A DNA stretch of 64,000 bases from Spizellomyces punctatus DAOM BR117 (Eukaryota): the NCBI GenBank assembly GCA_000182565.2, contig KQ257463.1; one strand, given 5' to 3'. A program made the translations under genes and the position numbers. Of this stretch, positions 13,065 through 24,401 are shown piece by piece; positions within the stretch are counted from its first letter, which is position 1, and each line of letters begins with the position of its first letter. The notes under the pieces were generated by a model. The model did no database searches. It saw only the letters and a program-made list of their open reading frames with translations, and had not been told where the DNA came from.

Positions 13065-13559
13065 TGCATGCTGGGGCGCCGATAACGGAGGGTATCGTCG
13101 GGGTGGTCTTGTTCTTTCAGTGTGCATGCTGGGGCGCTGTTAACTGAGGGTATCGTCGGGGTGGTTTTGTCTTCTCGGTGTGCATGCTGGGGCGCTGTTA
13201 ACTGAGGGTATCGTCGGGGTGGTTTTGTCTTCTCGGTGTGCATGCTGGGGCGCTGTTAACTGAGGGTATCGTCGGTGCATATCATCAGATGTGCATGCTG
13301 AGGCGCTGTTAACTGAGGGTATCGTCCGTGCATATCATCAGATGTGCATGCTGAGGCGCTGTTAACTGAGGGTATCGTCCGTGCACATTGGAAAGTCGGG
13401 GCCATCTGCTGGGGCGCTGTTAACTGAGGGTATCGTCGGTGTACATTGGGAAGGTGGGGCCATCTGCTGGGGCGCTGTTAACTGAGGGTATCGTCGGTGT
13501 ACATTGGAAAGCTGGACCATCTGCTGGGGCGCCGTTAACGGAGGGTGTCGTCGGTGTAC
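13065..13559. repeat. Array of nine 33-bp conserved cores (TGCTGGGGCGCTGTTAACTGAGGGTATCGTCGG) with 20-25-bp variable spacers
   Basis: Cores start at 13069, 13127, 13185, 13243, 13296, 13349, 13407, 13465 and 13522 (periods 58,58,58,53,53,58,58,57). Spacers fall into three sequence families. Confidence 0.97.
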
Positions 13560-14178
13560 CTTTGACTTGGGGTGTCTCCTTTGCGCCTATTTAGCTTTTT
13601 GAGCTAACCCCATTTTTAAGTTCTTCGCAGGTTTTCAACAATCTCATCGGTGCGAGCCCCTCGGTACGATTCCTGGCATAGTGATGATTGTAGCTGTACT
13701 GTGTAGTTGTGATTCTTCCTATCTGTTTGTGTATCGCTGTAATATATCGCACATGTCTTGTGAACTCGCGTGTATGTCCCTTTGAGCATTCATCTTTTTG
13801 GTTAATGAACCATTTGGTGTCTAATCATGGCATGAGTTCCCGATTCCATGACAGCCATCGGGTCGCTACGCCAACGAATATTCACTTGGTTGCCCCATTG
13901 ATACACAATCCCTAATGATTCAGCCCTCCAGCCATCTACCAGTTGCTGGGCGCCAAGTTCGACACTGTTTACCCTGGACTTTGAAGGCCACGACTTGCTC
14001 CTATGTCTCTCTTAGCGGTAAGCGTATCTTCATCTCCAGCTCCGTGTTTGCAGTTTGCGTGCACATAATCGATACGGGGGTGATATGTGATGCTTGCCAT
14101 TCTTTTCCCTTTTTTAAACAACCAATCCGAATTCATGTTTTAACACAATTTTCTATTGCAAGCACCTGCAGCACAACG

Positions 14179-14249
14179 GCATTGGTGGTTTAGTGGTATA
14201 ATTACCGCCTGCCACGCGGTAGACCCGAGTTCGATTCTCGGCCAATGCA
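14179..14249 (+). tRNA. tRNA-Gly (GCC)
   Basis: Acceptor GCATTGG/CCAATGC-A, anticodon arm ACCGC-CTGCCAC-GCGGT, T-loop GTTCGATTC. Confidence 0.97.
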
Positions 14250-16210
14250 TAGTCGTTTCGTCAAAAATCTTTTGAATATTGGCAGTCTATCTGATCAACC
14301 AAAACAGGCAGGATTGGTTTATCTTTTTCGTTACTCTTGGCGAGTGGACCACGCACGTCTTGTTGTTTTTGATTTTAGCAATCCACCTGATCCACACGGA
14401 GGCGGGTTATCGTTTCTTTTTTTGTCCGCTCTCCTTGCTGGCATGCCGCCGCATGAGCTGTGTTTGGACTGCTCTAGCTTCTCGAAAAAGAGGTGTTGTA
14501 CCTGCGGATACAAGTGTACCAGCCTTTAACTTTTAGAGTTTCTCAAAGACTAGTCATTACTGTTGACGGGAGATTAGCCATACAACCGGATGAAGAGTTC
14601 ATGTCTCCCCCTTCGCCTTAATCTTTGGGCCCAAGGGTTAGGCTCGGCCACGACCGCTCTTGGCAAGGGTGACCGTGTCACGTGTATCTTGCCCGCCAGA
14701 GAGAGGACTTTTGATCAAGGGAAAGCCCATGGCCCATCCGTAGCAGGGAAAACGGCCATCGGAGGGCTCCTTTGGGTTTAGCTAACCCTTACTTTTAGAG
14801 TTTTTTGCTGTGGCTCTGGTGGTGTCCCCGGCCGAGTTGTCGGAGAAAATGAGCCATTACCCGGGTGGTGATACAAAGCCTCGACCTGGACTTTTTTCCG
14901 AACTGCGTGCGAATTCCTCAGGCGTAAAAAGAATTGTGCAAACGGAGCCTTTGTCTCCCCCCTGGGATGAAAAGAAGTGCAAGAATAAACTCTTTTCTTT
15001 GTTATTATATTGGAAATTATTATTAGAATTTAGAACTCCTGGTTATCTTGGTTTGTAGAGAATATTTCAAATTGGCGTGACGGCAGGAGGCGTGTTGTTC
15101 CAGACAAAGAGAAAGGCACGACGCACGTTCACACCAATTTTGACCGTTGAAAGTTGGAACGAGTGTGATCGCTAAAAAAAAGCAGCTGAACAAGGGAAAT
15201 AACCCCGTCCTACGAGACGATCAAAAAGCTGAGGGGGATGATGATGGATAAACAAAACCCACACGCGGTGCCCAATGGAAGCCTCGTGCTTTTGGGCCCA
15301 ACAGTACTCACAACTCCTTGAAAAACAACAGCACTTTGGATCAATGAACGGACCACCCCCGGGTTTTACCCAGCCAGTTATAACGGTGGCGAAGCGGGAA
15401 CTTGGTAAATCTGGCATAATTTGGACAGGTTGCCAAGCACGGTGACCTCATTCCGGCGTGACTATGCCGCCAATGTTCCTTTGTTTAATTTGAGAAATTC
15501 AGTGGCTACGTGACTGTCGGAGATTCCAAGCGTTCCAAACGAACCGAGCCTAGTTTCAATTTGCGCTCCACAGTCTTGGAAGGCCTGTCGCTCGGGTCCG
15601 CGTTTGCTTCTTTCGCCATCATCCCCCCCCTCCTCAACCTGCGCCTTGAACTGTTAGGTTTTCGTCGTCGACACACGTCAGCGCAAAGCTTGTAAAGACT
15701 GCTTTTCGTGCCGTATGTCAGGTAAGATACGCTTTTCCCGTTCCTTTAGGCCCTGGACGGGAAACGGCGCGCTATGTCTCCTTCTGTCGGAGTAATCGGA
15801 GGATTTGGGGCGAATTTTATCAAAAACGCACAGAAAGTCAGTTGGGAGAACTGGACAGCGTGCTTTTCAGCGCAGCGGTGAATTCTCCCGCGTATACTGC
15901 AGAGCAGGACTGTCTGGCAACGCACCATTGCTGCTTGGGAGAGGATCCGAAAAAAAAAAAAAAGAGAAGCGGTCCAGTACAGAGCGTCAGGGACGACGCT
16001 TGTTAGAGAACACTCTCTGGTGCGCTAATCCCGTAACGTTTAACATATCTTAAAGGCGTCTGCCACTATTATTTCATGATGTATGTCGACATCTCACCGT
16101 TCTTGCTCCCTGGTACTCTTACCTACTTAGCTGCGACATACGCTCAACACTGGAAAGTCGTTATCCTCTTCAATTCGCAAGACCCACAACAATTGTGATA
16201 CACCAAAGAG

Positions 16211-17965
16211 ATGACGGAACGCGAGCAATTTCAGCAAAGTCCAGCTTGGCATCAGTATAATCCTCAAGCCCTGCCCCCAACTCCGCCTTCTGTCCATCTC
16301 CCCGGGGGTCAGCACATTTCGTCCGCCAATAGTCCGATGGTCGCCTATGGTGGTCCGATGGGGCTACCGCCTGGATATCCGTTCCCACCGATGCATCCGT
16401 ACGGATACCCGGGACAACCTACAGGACTTCCTCCAGGATTACCGATGATGCAAATGCCGGGAGGTCCTCTCGTCCATCCTGGACAAATGCTTGGACCTCA
16501 AATGAGACCAATGGCACCACCACCAAATGTCCCGCAAGGGACTATTATATATATCCCGGATGGCTACATGCCACTTTTATACCCCGAAGGCCAAAATGGA
16601 CCACCAATGGGAGGTCCATCGTCCGCCGAACATGGACAGATGCATCCCGGGGCGCTTCTCAGTCCAGTGATGGGCCCTGCGCCCGGCAAGATGCTCCAAC
16701 CACAAATGATGGGAGGTGTAGGGCAGGGTGGGCTTCCTATGGGGGGAATGGGTTATCACGTACCACGCGGAAGTCAACATCCTCCTTATCCGTCGGCCAC
16801 ATCGATCCTTCAACCAACGGGCTCCCACAGCCTACCGATACCTGCATCCGGAAGCATGAACATTCCCACAAATCCTCGACCAACTTACCATTCTAGTCCT
16901 GCCCTGCACCAACAACGTCCACACAATCCAGGAAACCTTGCAATCAATACCAATGTCTCTAACCGAGCAAGGAGTCCTCGGCTAAGCAGTGCCGATACCG
17001 CCACACCCAACACTGCTGCTAGCGGAAACTCACCTACTCGCAGCAGTCATAGCAGCTCGTTTCGAAGTCCAACCAGAACTGCGGCCGTTAAAGCCAAAGG
17101 GGCGAAACGGCCGGCAAATTCGTGGATTTTGTACCGACAAGAAAAGCATCCCATCGTGTTAGCGGAACACGAGGGAATCACGAATAACGAAATCTCCAAA
17201 ATCGTAGCAGAGATGTGGAAGGCCGAACCAGAGCACATTAAGAATATTTACAAAACACGTGCTGAAGAGGAGCGTCGGCGTCACCGACTTTTGCATCCAG
17301 ACTACAAGTACGCACCAAGAAAAAACAAGCCAAAGAGACGAAAGCGAAAGCCGAATAGCGCCAGCCACCATCAGCCATATCATCAACGGGAGGGAAGTGG
17401 TGAAGCGACATCGCCAACGGACCCATCCTCTGCATCCGATGCTTGGCCGTCACCTACAAAAGACATTCCAAATAAATTTGGAGCACGGCCGTACATGCCT
17501 GAGCGGCCGGGAGCAGAACATATCCAATCTTGGGTAGACTCTGAAGGGTCTGATTCCGGTGATGGTCCATCTCCAGTCAGTCCTCGGGGCTCCTTTGAAT
17601 TTAATCGATTCTGGGAGCATCCGGTCGACCCACACCACCAGCCACAGCAGGAACAACTACCACCACCGCAACACCAACCACAGCCACATCGCCCACCCAA
17701 TCAGATGCCACCGCCTCCGCAAATGCAACCAGGACACGAGCACTACATTTATGATGGGCCCGTGGTATATCACCAAGATTTGTTCAATGGATCGGACTTT
17801 ACGTTTGAGGCTCTCGGGTTTCCCATCGTAGCGGATGATTCTATAGATGCGGAAGGATCTGATGCAGGGGATCTCAGTATTGAGGACTTGATGCTAGCAG
17901 ATGACGCAGCAAAACCCAAAAAAGAAGGGACGGATAATAATGTGGGACCATCTCCTCAAGGGTGA
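16211..17965 (+). CDS. Sequence-specific single HMG-box transcription factor (MATA_HMG/SOX-type) with Pro/Gly/Met/Gln-rich N-terminus and acidic tail
   Basis: KRPANSWILYRQEKHPIV..ITNNEISKIVAEMWKAE..YKTRAEEERRRHRLLHPDYKYAPRK followed by a basic tail. 584-aa uninterrupted ORF. Confidence 0.93.
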   Translation: MTEREQFQQSPAWHQYNPQALPPTPPSVHLPGGQHISSANSPMVAYGGPMGLPPGYPFPPMHPYGYPGQPTGLPPGLPMMQMPGGPLVHPGQMLGPQMRPMAPPPNVPQGTIIYIPDGYMPLLYPEGQNGPPMGGPSSAEHGQMHPGALLSPVMGPAPGKMLQPQMMGGVGQGGLPMGGMGYHVPRGSQHPPYPSATSILQPTGSHSLPIPASGSMNIPTNPRPTYHSSPALHQQRPHNPGNLAINTNVSNRARSPRLSSADTATPNTAASGNSPTRSSHSSSFRSPTRTAAVKAKGAKRPANSWILYRQEKHPIVLAEHEGITNNEISKIVAEMWKAEPEHIKNIYKTRAEEERRRHRLLHPDYKYAPRKNKPKRRKRKPNSASHHQPYHQREGSGEATSPTDPSSASDAWPSPTKDIPNKFGARPYMPERPGAEHIQSWVDSEGSDSGDGPSPVSPRGSFEFNRFWEHPVDPHHQPQQEQLPPPQHQPQPHRPPNQMPPPPQMQPGHEHYIYDGPVVYHQDLFNGSDFTFEALGFPIVADDSIDAEGSDAGDLSIEDLMLADDAAKPKKEGTDNNVGPSPQG

Positions 17966-18760
17966 TCTATTTTAATTTTTGTCCAGGAATTTGGTGGTTG
18001 TCCACTTTGAAGGAACTTTTTGTTGTTGGGCCGCTCGGGGGAGGGAAGCGCGTCCGAATTTTGATGGCTTTTTGAGAGCTCTTTGGACGGGGGGGCTTTT
18101 GACCTTGTTGTGTTCCCGTTGTGCTGTTGCCCGAGTTTAACGAACTCGTAGGGGAAATAAATAGTGTTTTATTTTTTTGCCAAGGTGAAGATCCTCGTAT
18201 TCATTTAAACAATATCTTGACACCATATTCTCCAAACTTGTGTGTTCTATTTATCTTTCATCTACATGATTGTAAAACACTGGCTCACATATTGATGACC
18301 AGGAAAATACTAAGAAACATGCTTCTACGCGTGTTCGCTTCCCCTTAAGGATACGGGACATGCACTCAGACCCTAAATATGCATGTATTTATATTCAGCA
18401 CTCTGCAAAAGGATTTCTTCTTTTTCAATGACATTCGTATCTTGCTGCTCGGTGGTTTCGGAGGTCCGCCCCAAAACAACAAAAAAACAAGAGAAAAATC
18501 GAACATTTCGCCAAGTTGGAACGCCCAGCACCTGATGAACCGAGTTCTCGGAACACGGCAAAAAATGGTTGTTAGTAGGGCCGATGATTATCAAATTTGA
18601 TTCTGTAATCTTCGTTTTCTTTGGGTTGGTTTTTCTTTACATGGATCCAACTCCAACAAGGGGGCCCACCACCGTATCACAGGAGAATTCTTCAAAGTCA
18701 TGTGAGCAACCCAGAACTGTTCATCAGCAACGGTTTTGGGGTTGGTTTTTTTTGTTGCAA

Positions 18761-19776
18761 ATGACCACGGCGCAACAGCAACTGGGTGAAGTGGAGCTGA
18801 TTCGATGCATGTTTTGTGGCGATGGCGAATTTGAGTTACGAACCGATGGTCAACGGTATCATGCCCTCCAAACCAAGTTGGCCGATGGTGGCGAGATGAT
18901 CGTGGACGAGATGGTGTCGTTTGCGGTGACTGTAGAGCTGATTGACGATCATGACACAACCGTTATGGAACCGCGAAGACTATCCGTTAACGTCTCTGTT
19001 TCCCTGGGGCGGTCAGAAATTCCGCAAATATCCTTGGCGTCAACGGATTGGTTAACAAAAGAAGGTTGGAAAAGGCAGAGTGGGAGGTCAACCACTTCTT
19101 GACGCTGTTGCCTACGGCGACTGGACAAGAGCAAATTGTCCAGGTTGCGAATGTGTAAAACTGAAATGTCTCCATCTTAGGCCACCAAAAACTCAGTACC
19201 GCCCTGATTGCTCACGTTAATACAACTTGGTGCCATTCGGAGACTCCCATCCTTGAGACTTTGGAATGGCTTCGTACGACGGCACCAAGTCTCATACCTT
19301 CTCAGGTGGATGATACACCACACTCTATCGAATCATCTGTCAGTACCACGCACACATTTGCCCGAGAATGGATATTCCTTCCTCAACTATACATGAAAGC
19401 GAAACGACAAGACATGATATCATTTGCACGCGCCTATTCGCTGACAGGATTTGTATGCCCAGGAAAACCAGCTGTGCTAACCGTAGAAGGCCCAATGGAA
19501 AATATCGATCCGTATCTAGTAGATATCAGAACCAAGTCATGGGCAGACATTCCAGCCGGTCATAAAAAGATGACAGTAGTTCATCGTGAGGTGAAGGATT
19601 GTGCCAATATAGATGAATTGAATGCCTGTAGACGTTTCACAGACATGACTGAAGTCAGTTTTGATGTCCATGGGCATAGATCCAATCACAATAGTCTAGA
19701 GAAGCTAGAGGAATGGTTGGTTGGACTTGGATTGGGAGAAGCTTTTGGTCATCTATTTCCAGAACTGAGAAAATGA
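18761..19776 (+). CDS. RWD domain + DUF1115 protein (RWDD2-like), 2 exons
   Basis: QLGEVELIRCMF RWD start. Intron 19065-19180 joins LTKEG|HQKLSTAL..ILETLEWL. C-terminal FAREWI..LTGFVCPGKPAVLTVEG..H..LEKLEEWL. Confidence 0.82.
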
Positions 19777-20238
19777 CAAATGGGCAGATATGGGAGCAAT
19801 TATGAGATGAGTTTTTGCAGCTCCTAGTTTGGGAATAAGCCATCAGTAATATCCTACACATGTCGGATCAATTTGTCCTCCTGCGATCACAGAACCAGTA
19901 AAGCGGCCAGCCGGGAATATTCCTAGCAGCCCCTTGTATTTGGCAGGCCTGCATGCACACCACAAAAGCTGATCAAGACCTCCGTGCCTTCTAGATCTGG
20001 ATCTCGGTTGGTACCACAAAGATTACATTTGGGAATGTTCTCACTGTACTCCATTAAAATTCCCTGGTTCCCATTGATAATAAGGCCTGATAAGCAGTGT
20101 CGTCATGATTTACAGTGACTTGTCTGGACAAAAGTTGGCAGGGAAACCTTGGGCAGAATACGGGACAGCGTCCGGTAGACTCCCAGTAACTCAAGTAATA
20201 CAGGTACATGAAAATGCGGTGTCTTAACAGATTTCAGC

Positions 20239-20309
20239 GCCAAGGTAGTATAGTGGCAGTACACTGCGTTGTGGCCGCAATGACCCCGGTTCGATTCCGG
20301 GCCTTGGCA
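20239..20309 (+). tRNA. tRNA-His (GTG)
   Basis: Acceptor GCCAAGG/CCTTGGC-A, anticodon loop TTGTGGC, T-loop GGTTCGATTCC, downstream T-runs. One C-A mismatch at the top of the anticodon stem. Confidence 0.93.
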
Positions 20310-20925
20310 TCCGCTGGTAGCAAAAAATTCTTTTTGTTATATTTTTTTGTACCAAAATTTGACGTTCCTTCTATTCGCCATCAGACAGCGTACTAAAAAC
20401 CATCAAGTCAATGTCCTTTGCATTGTACGAGGACATTTTCATCATTGCAGACCTAACCCTATCCCTAGGTTATATGCACAAACCATTGCGTCTTAAGTTC
20501 CAGGCAACTCTGCTGGGATCTGTTCACTAATTTCGTATATTGAGGGCTCGATTGAGGTTTGACCATCCATATATTCCATACTTGAAATTAGACCGAACAC
20601 CAGCTATTCTTGCCTGTACTAGGTACGCCCTCGAAAAAATCTTAAGAGATTAACATTCTACCTACTTTGGTTGGTCAGTAAGTCCCCTTGAATTGGCTAG
20701 GACAGGACGCTACGTTTTGCGTGCGGACAATGGATTAACGATAATGGAAACGTTGCAAGGACATATGGAAACGCCAGGTTACAAAGTTAACTTGTTAAAA
20801 AGATAAAACCCGATTGACCATTATCACCAGATGACGTTTTGTAAAAACTAAATATGTCATAGAAAAAGTATTCTACCCATTCAACCGAGTATCTAAAATA
20901 AATCGTGAAAAAGCCTGCGTGTCAT

Positions 20926-21960
20926 CTATGCAGCATCGGTAACAGCACCACAAACGAAAAACTTTACACGTTTTCCCACAAAGCATCTACAAACGGGGCA
21001 TTTACCATTCTCAGCAACAGACCTCTCAATACAATTGTCACATACAGCAATATGCCCGCAAGGAACCATAACACTCAGGACATGTCCGGTTAAACAAATG
21101 GCGCAAGTGATTCTCACGTTTGTGGAGGTAAAGTGGACCGCTTCCTGACGGGGACGTGACAAGCGTTGAATTTGACGGCTCTCCGAGCGGGAGGAGGTTT
21201 GCCGCTGGGGAAGACCGTTCAGGGACGATAGGAACCGTGTTGTGGTTTGCGTAGTTTGAAAGAGACCTTGTATAGACAAGGACCCTGTGGTTGAGGTTGT
21301 TGCGCGAGAAGGCATTCTGATTGAATGGATAACTTTGTGAGAAACAAGTAGCAGTTGACCACAGAACCACAAGAGTGTAGCAAATGAACGTTGAGTAGTC
21401 CGCACCTGTTTATCGCAACGTTGCAGACGAAACCGGTGCGTGGGAACTTTTTGATCTGGCACGGAATCAAGTGCCGAGTGCCCCAAACGTTCGTCAAGTA
21501 ATGTCCTAAACTGCAGATCAGCACGCCGCTATATTGTCTCGCTATCGTAGAAAAGAGTTTCGATCTTTCGATGGAGGTGGTAGCAGGACGAGAAGACTTG
21601 GAATGAAAACGATGTGGAAGTTCCATCGCCACGTTGCTGACTCATCACGATCAAGGAGTCATCGAGGAGCCAGCACAGATGTTATCCCGCACAAAAGAGA
21701 CCAGTAACGCTAAATCGAACGAGTGTTGTCGGCAGATATCGAATGTGTTCAAACAGTTCCTTGAACGTGCAAAATGCGATAAAAGAGTGGTAATCCCCGC
21801 GATATAAGTTGAACGTAAACAGTTGGCGGAGATGCCCCCAAGACAATGACTTTCGCCTTCGTATAGTCGTCCCACCTGTTAATTATGAGAAAGAACTTGA
21901 GCTCTGCGAGGACTAATACAAGGGCAACGCAACCATCCGAGATCAAGACAAAGGCAATGC
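20926..21960 (-). pseudogene. Decayed gene ending in a C3HC4 RING finger (IAP/MGRN-type C-terminal RING), hydrophobic upstream remnants
   Basis: CAIC..VMVPCGHIAVCDNC..KCPVCR..RVKFF is intact. Upstream hydrophobic segments are scattered over three frames with stops, and there are no convincing introns. Confidence 0.55.
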
Positions 21961-22288
21961 TACTACAATTTGTACATGTACAGATGAGGTATTCCCAATT
22001 ATCAAGGCATCAGCGCAAACCAACGTAGGGCGTATTCAACCTGACTTAATACGGCCAACGCAAACAACCAAGATAAGATATCTACAACAAAATGAGGTTT
22101 CCTCCAAACGCAAAAAAGAAACGCATCCACATAAAAAGGTCAAACGCAAAGCAACCAAGAGAATGGCGAGTTATGCTACATAGAAGTACGAGACAGTTCC
22201 TGTCGCGAGAGAGGAAGACGAAAAGTTCACATATCTACATGAGGTATCAAAGTATACAAGAAAAAAACGAAAAAATAAAACAAGTGCA

Positions 22289-23032
22289 TTACATGCACCT
22301 CCTGGCCTTCAAATGCCTGTGAACGGCATCACTTCTCGTGAAGCCTGTTCCACAGTTGTAGCACCGGAAGGGCTTGTAGCCTGGCATATGAGTGACAATG
22401 TGTCGTTTGAGGTCCTGTTTGCGGGCAAATGATTTTGGGCACGTCTGGCAGTGGAATGTGCGTACTTTCTGAGCTGCGGGGGAAGGTGGAGGTGGTGGGA
22501 GCGGTGGCGGCGACGACGCAACATTCCAGAGAGGAAGGGAGGGGAGAAGTGGGGGAAGATTGTGATGAGGTGCTTCAAACGGTGATAAAGGAGACGATGA
22601 AGAGGAAGACGAGGAAGCGGATGACCAGGAAAAGTCCTGCTGCTGCTGCTGTTCAGGATACTGCTGCGACGAGAGGTCTTGCAGTTCTGGTGGATATGAC
22701 GCGTCGTTGATCAGCGTCGGATCCCAGTAGGGAATGTCGAGAGGCAGCGGCGTCTGGAATGCATCCATCTCACTCGTCCAAGGCATTGTCGTCGTCGGTA
22801 CTGCGGCCGCCGCCGCCATGTCCGTCATTTGCCATACAGGATATGTCGTTGTCGCTGCCGTGGTGGTCATCAGACAAGTGTCAAACATGTTCATGCTTGG
22901 AGGCATGACATTGTAACCATCTTCTCCTCCCCATCCTGCATCGTGAGATGACTGCATCCATGAGGGCAGACACATGTGCGATGGATTGGGGGGAGGGATG
23001 GAAGGGAATGGATACGAAAGATCGTATCGCAT
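22289..23032 (-). CDS. C2H2 zinc-finger transcription factor (two C-terminal fingers)
   Basis: FHCQTCPKSFARKQDLKRHIVTH-MPGYKPF-RCYNCGTGFTRSDAVHRH after a low-complexity Pro/Ser/Gln region. Confidence 0.92.
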   Translation of the reverse strand: MRYDLSYPFPSIPPPNPSHMCLPSWMQSSHDAGWGGEDGYNVMPPSMNMFDTCLMTTTAATTTYPVWQMTDMAAAAAVPTTTMPWTSEMDAFQTPLPLDIPYWDPTLINDASYPPELQDLSSQQYPEQQQQQDFSWSSASSSSSSSSPLSPFEAPHHNLPPLLPSLPLWNVASSPPPLPPPPPSPAAQKVRTFHCQTCPKSFARKQDLKRHIVTHMPGYKPFRCYNCGTGFTRSDAVHRHLKARRCM

Positions 23033-23143
23033 TCAATAAATGAAAACTCGATAGTGTTTGAAGAGCAGAAGTATCAGTCGTTAGAGTGTGAATGGGCTAG
23101 TTAGCAAGAAACAAAGGAAGGGACAGCAAGAAGCCAAAGGTCC

Positions 23144-23149
23144 TTTATA
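23144..23149 (-). promoter_or_regulatory. TATA box of the C2H2 TF gene
   Basis: TATAAAGG on the minus strand about 110 bp upstream of the ATG. Confidence 0.5.
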
Positions 23150-24401
23150 CGAGAAAATCGCAATAAAAAATCCCCCGACCCAACACACAGCCATCAAATA
23201 CCCACTCGATTACTACGAATAGTAGAGTAGTAGATCCGTTTCCCGGTCCTACGTCCATTGCCGAAAAGTCCACTTTTTGAAAAGTTCCCGTACATTTCAT
23301 GACGAGTCTTTGATCACATCATCACATGAACTACCAACAACAACCTTCCCGTTCTGCCACTTTTTTAAATCCAGAAGTTGGCGCTCACAGCCACCACTCT
23401 ACTATATCCATATATGGTTACATTACATACTTTATCCCTTTTGGGATCATTGCATGGCTTGGCAAGTTGAAATGTCGCTTGTTAACGGAGACATGGCGGC
23501 GACTGCGGGCGGGGGATCCCCGCGGCAATTGGAAGATGAAAATGGGCGGGGCCTTCAGTTCTAGGCAATCCACGCAATATGGCAATGTTTTGCAAGCAGC
23601 TGCTAGTTGCCCAACTTGCATCCGTGATCATGATGGGAGGAGACTACCAGGTGATCATTAGACAGTATAATGGATCTTACGACCCCATACGAATAGCAAC
23701 AGAATGGGGGACCAGTGGCACTCGTACGGCATTTCTTACAAAAAAGAGTTACTCCATGCTTATAAATCTATACACAAGGGTGAGTTGGTTGCGCAGTCCT
23801 TGCTGGGTATTCGCTTGACCCTTGCCATCTCTGCATCTCTTTTCACACCAGTCATCAGGGTCATATGTCCTTCAAGCGCGCGGAAATGCAAGACTCCATC
23901 AATTTTCTTTGATCTGCAATTTCATTTTGCGTAACAATCCTCAGCAAATGTATTTTATTGAGGCACACACACACAAGTCATGATGCTATGAAAATGAGGG
24001 TCGTCTCTTGCTATTGGTTCCATTAGGTTCAGCATTCATATTCCTTTCTTTTTTGTCTGTCGCCCACGCAAATGATTTGCCATAATAAAGACGATACCAG
24101 AGATTAAAGTAAGCAAACAAGGGTGCCCCCCTGCGTAACTCGCTGATAGATCATCACAATATATCAAAAATGGCTCAAGCGTTTCAAGAAATAAAACGTG
24201 GAGATGGCTTGGAAACCATCGATTCGGATCACTGGCCCCCACCTTCAGATTGAAATTGTCCGGAAAGCTACCTACATGTCCGAAATATTGGCTTGGGCAT
24301 AATTATAATCATTTGGGAATCGGACATTCGGAAACACACACAAACGTATATTAACCTACACCCCTCGTACAAAACAACTTGACCATTTGGCCCAATACAA
24401 T

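Noticed and set aside
12647-13243. 198-aa minus-strand ORF overlapping the array
   Set aside because: Successive 58-bp units are read in different frames, and there is no domain or convincing start.
13065-13559. Annotating the array as a bona fide CRISPR locus
   Set aside because: Eukaryotic context, no cas genes, and spacers that are short and duplicated in families. Kept as a repeat with CRISPR-like architecture.
14529-14803. 13-bp direct repeat ACTTTTAGAGTTT flanking ~250 bp
   Set aside because: AT-rich and short, with no terminal inverted repeats or LTR features inside.
19065-19180. Apparent frameshift in the RWDD2-like gene
   Set aside because: Fully explained by a GT-AG intron that restores the frame.
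20452-20471. Telomere-like CTAACCCT/TAGGTTA
   Set aside because: Only one to two imperfect units; compatible with chance.
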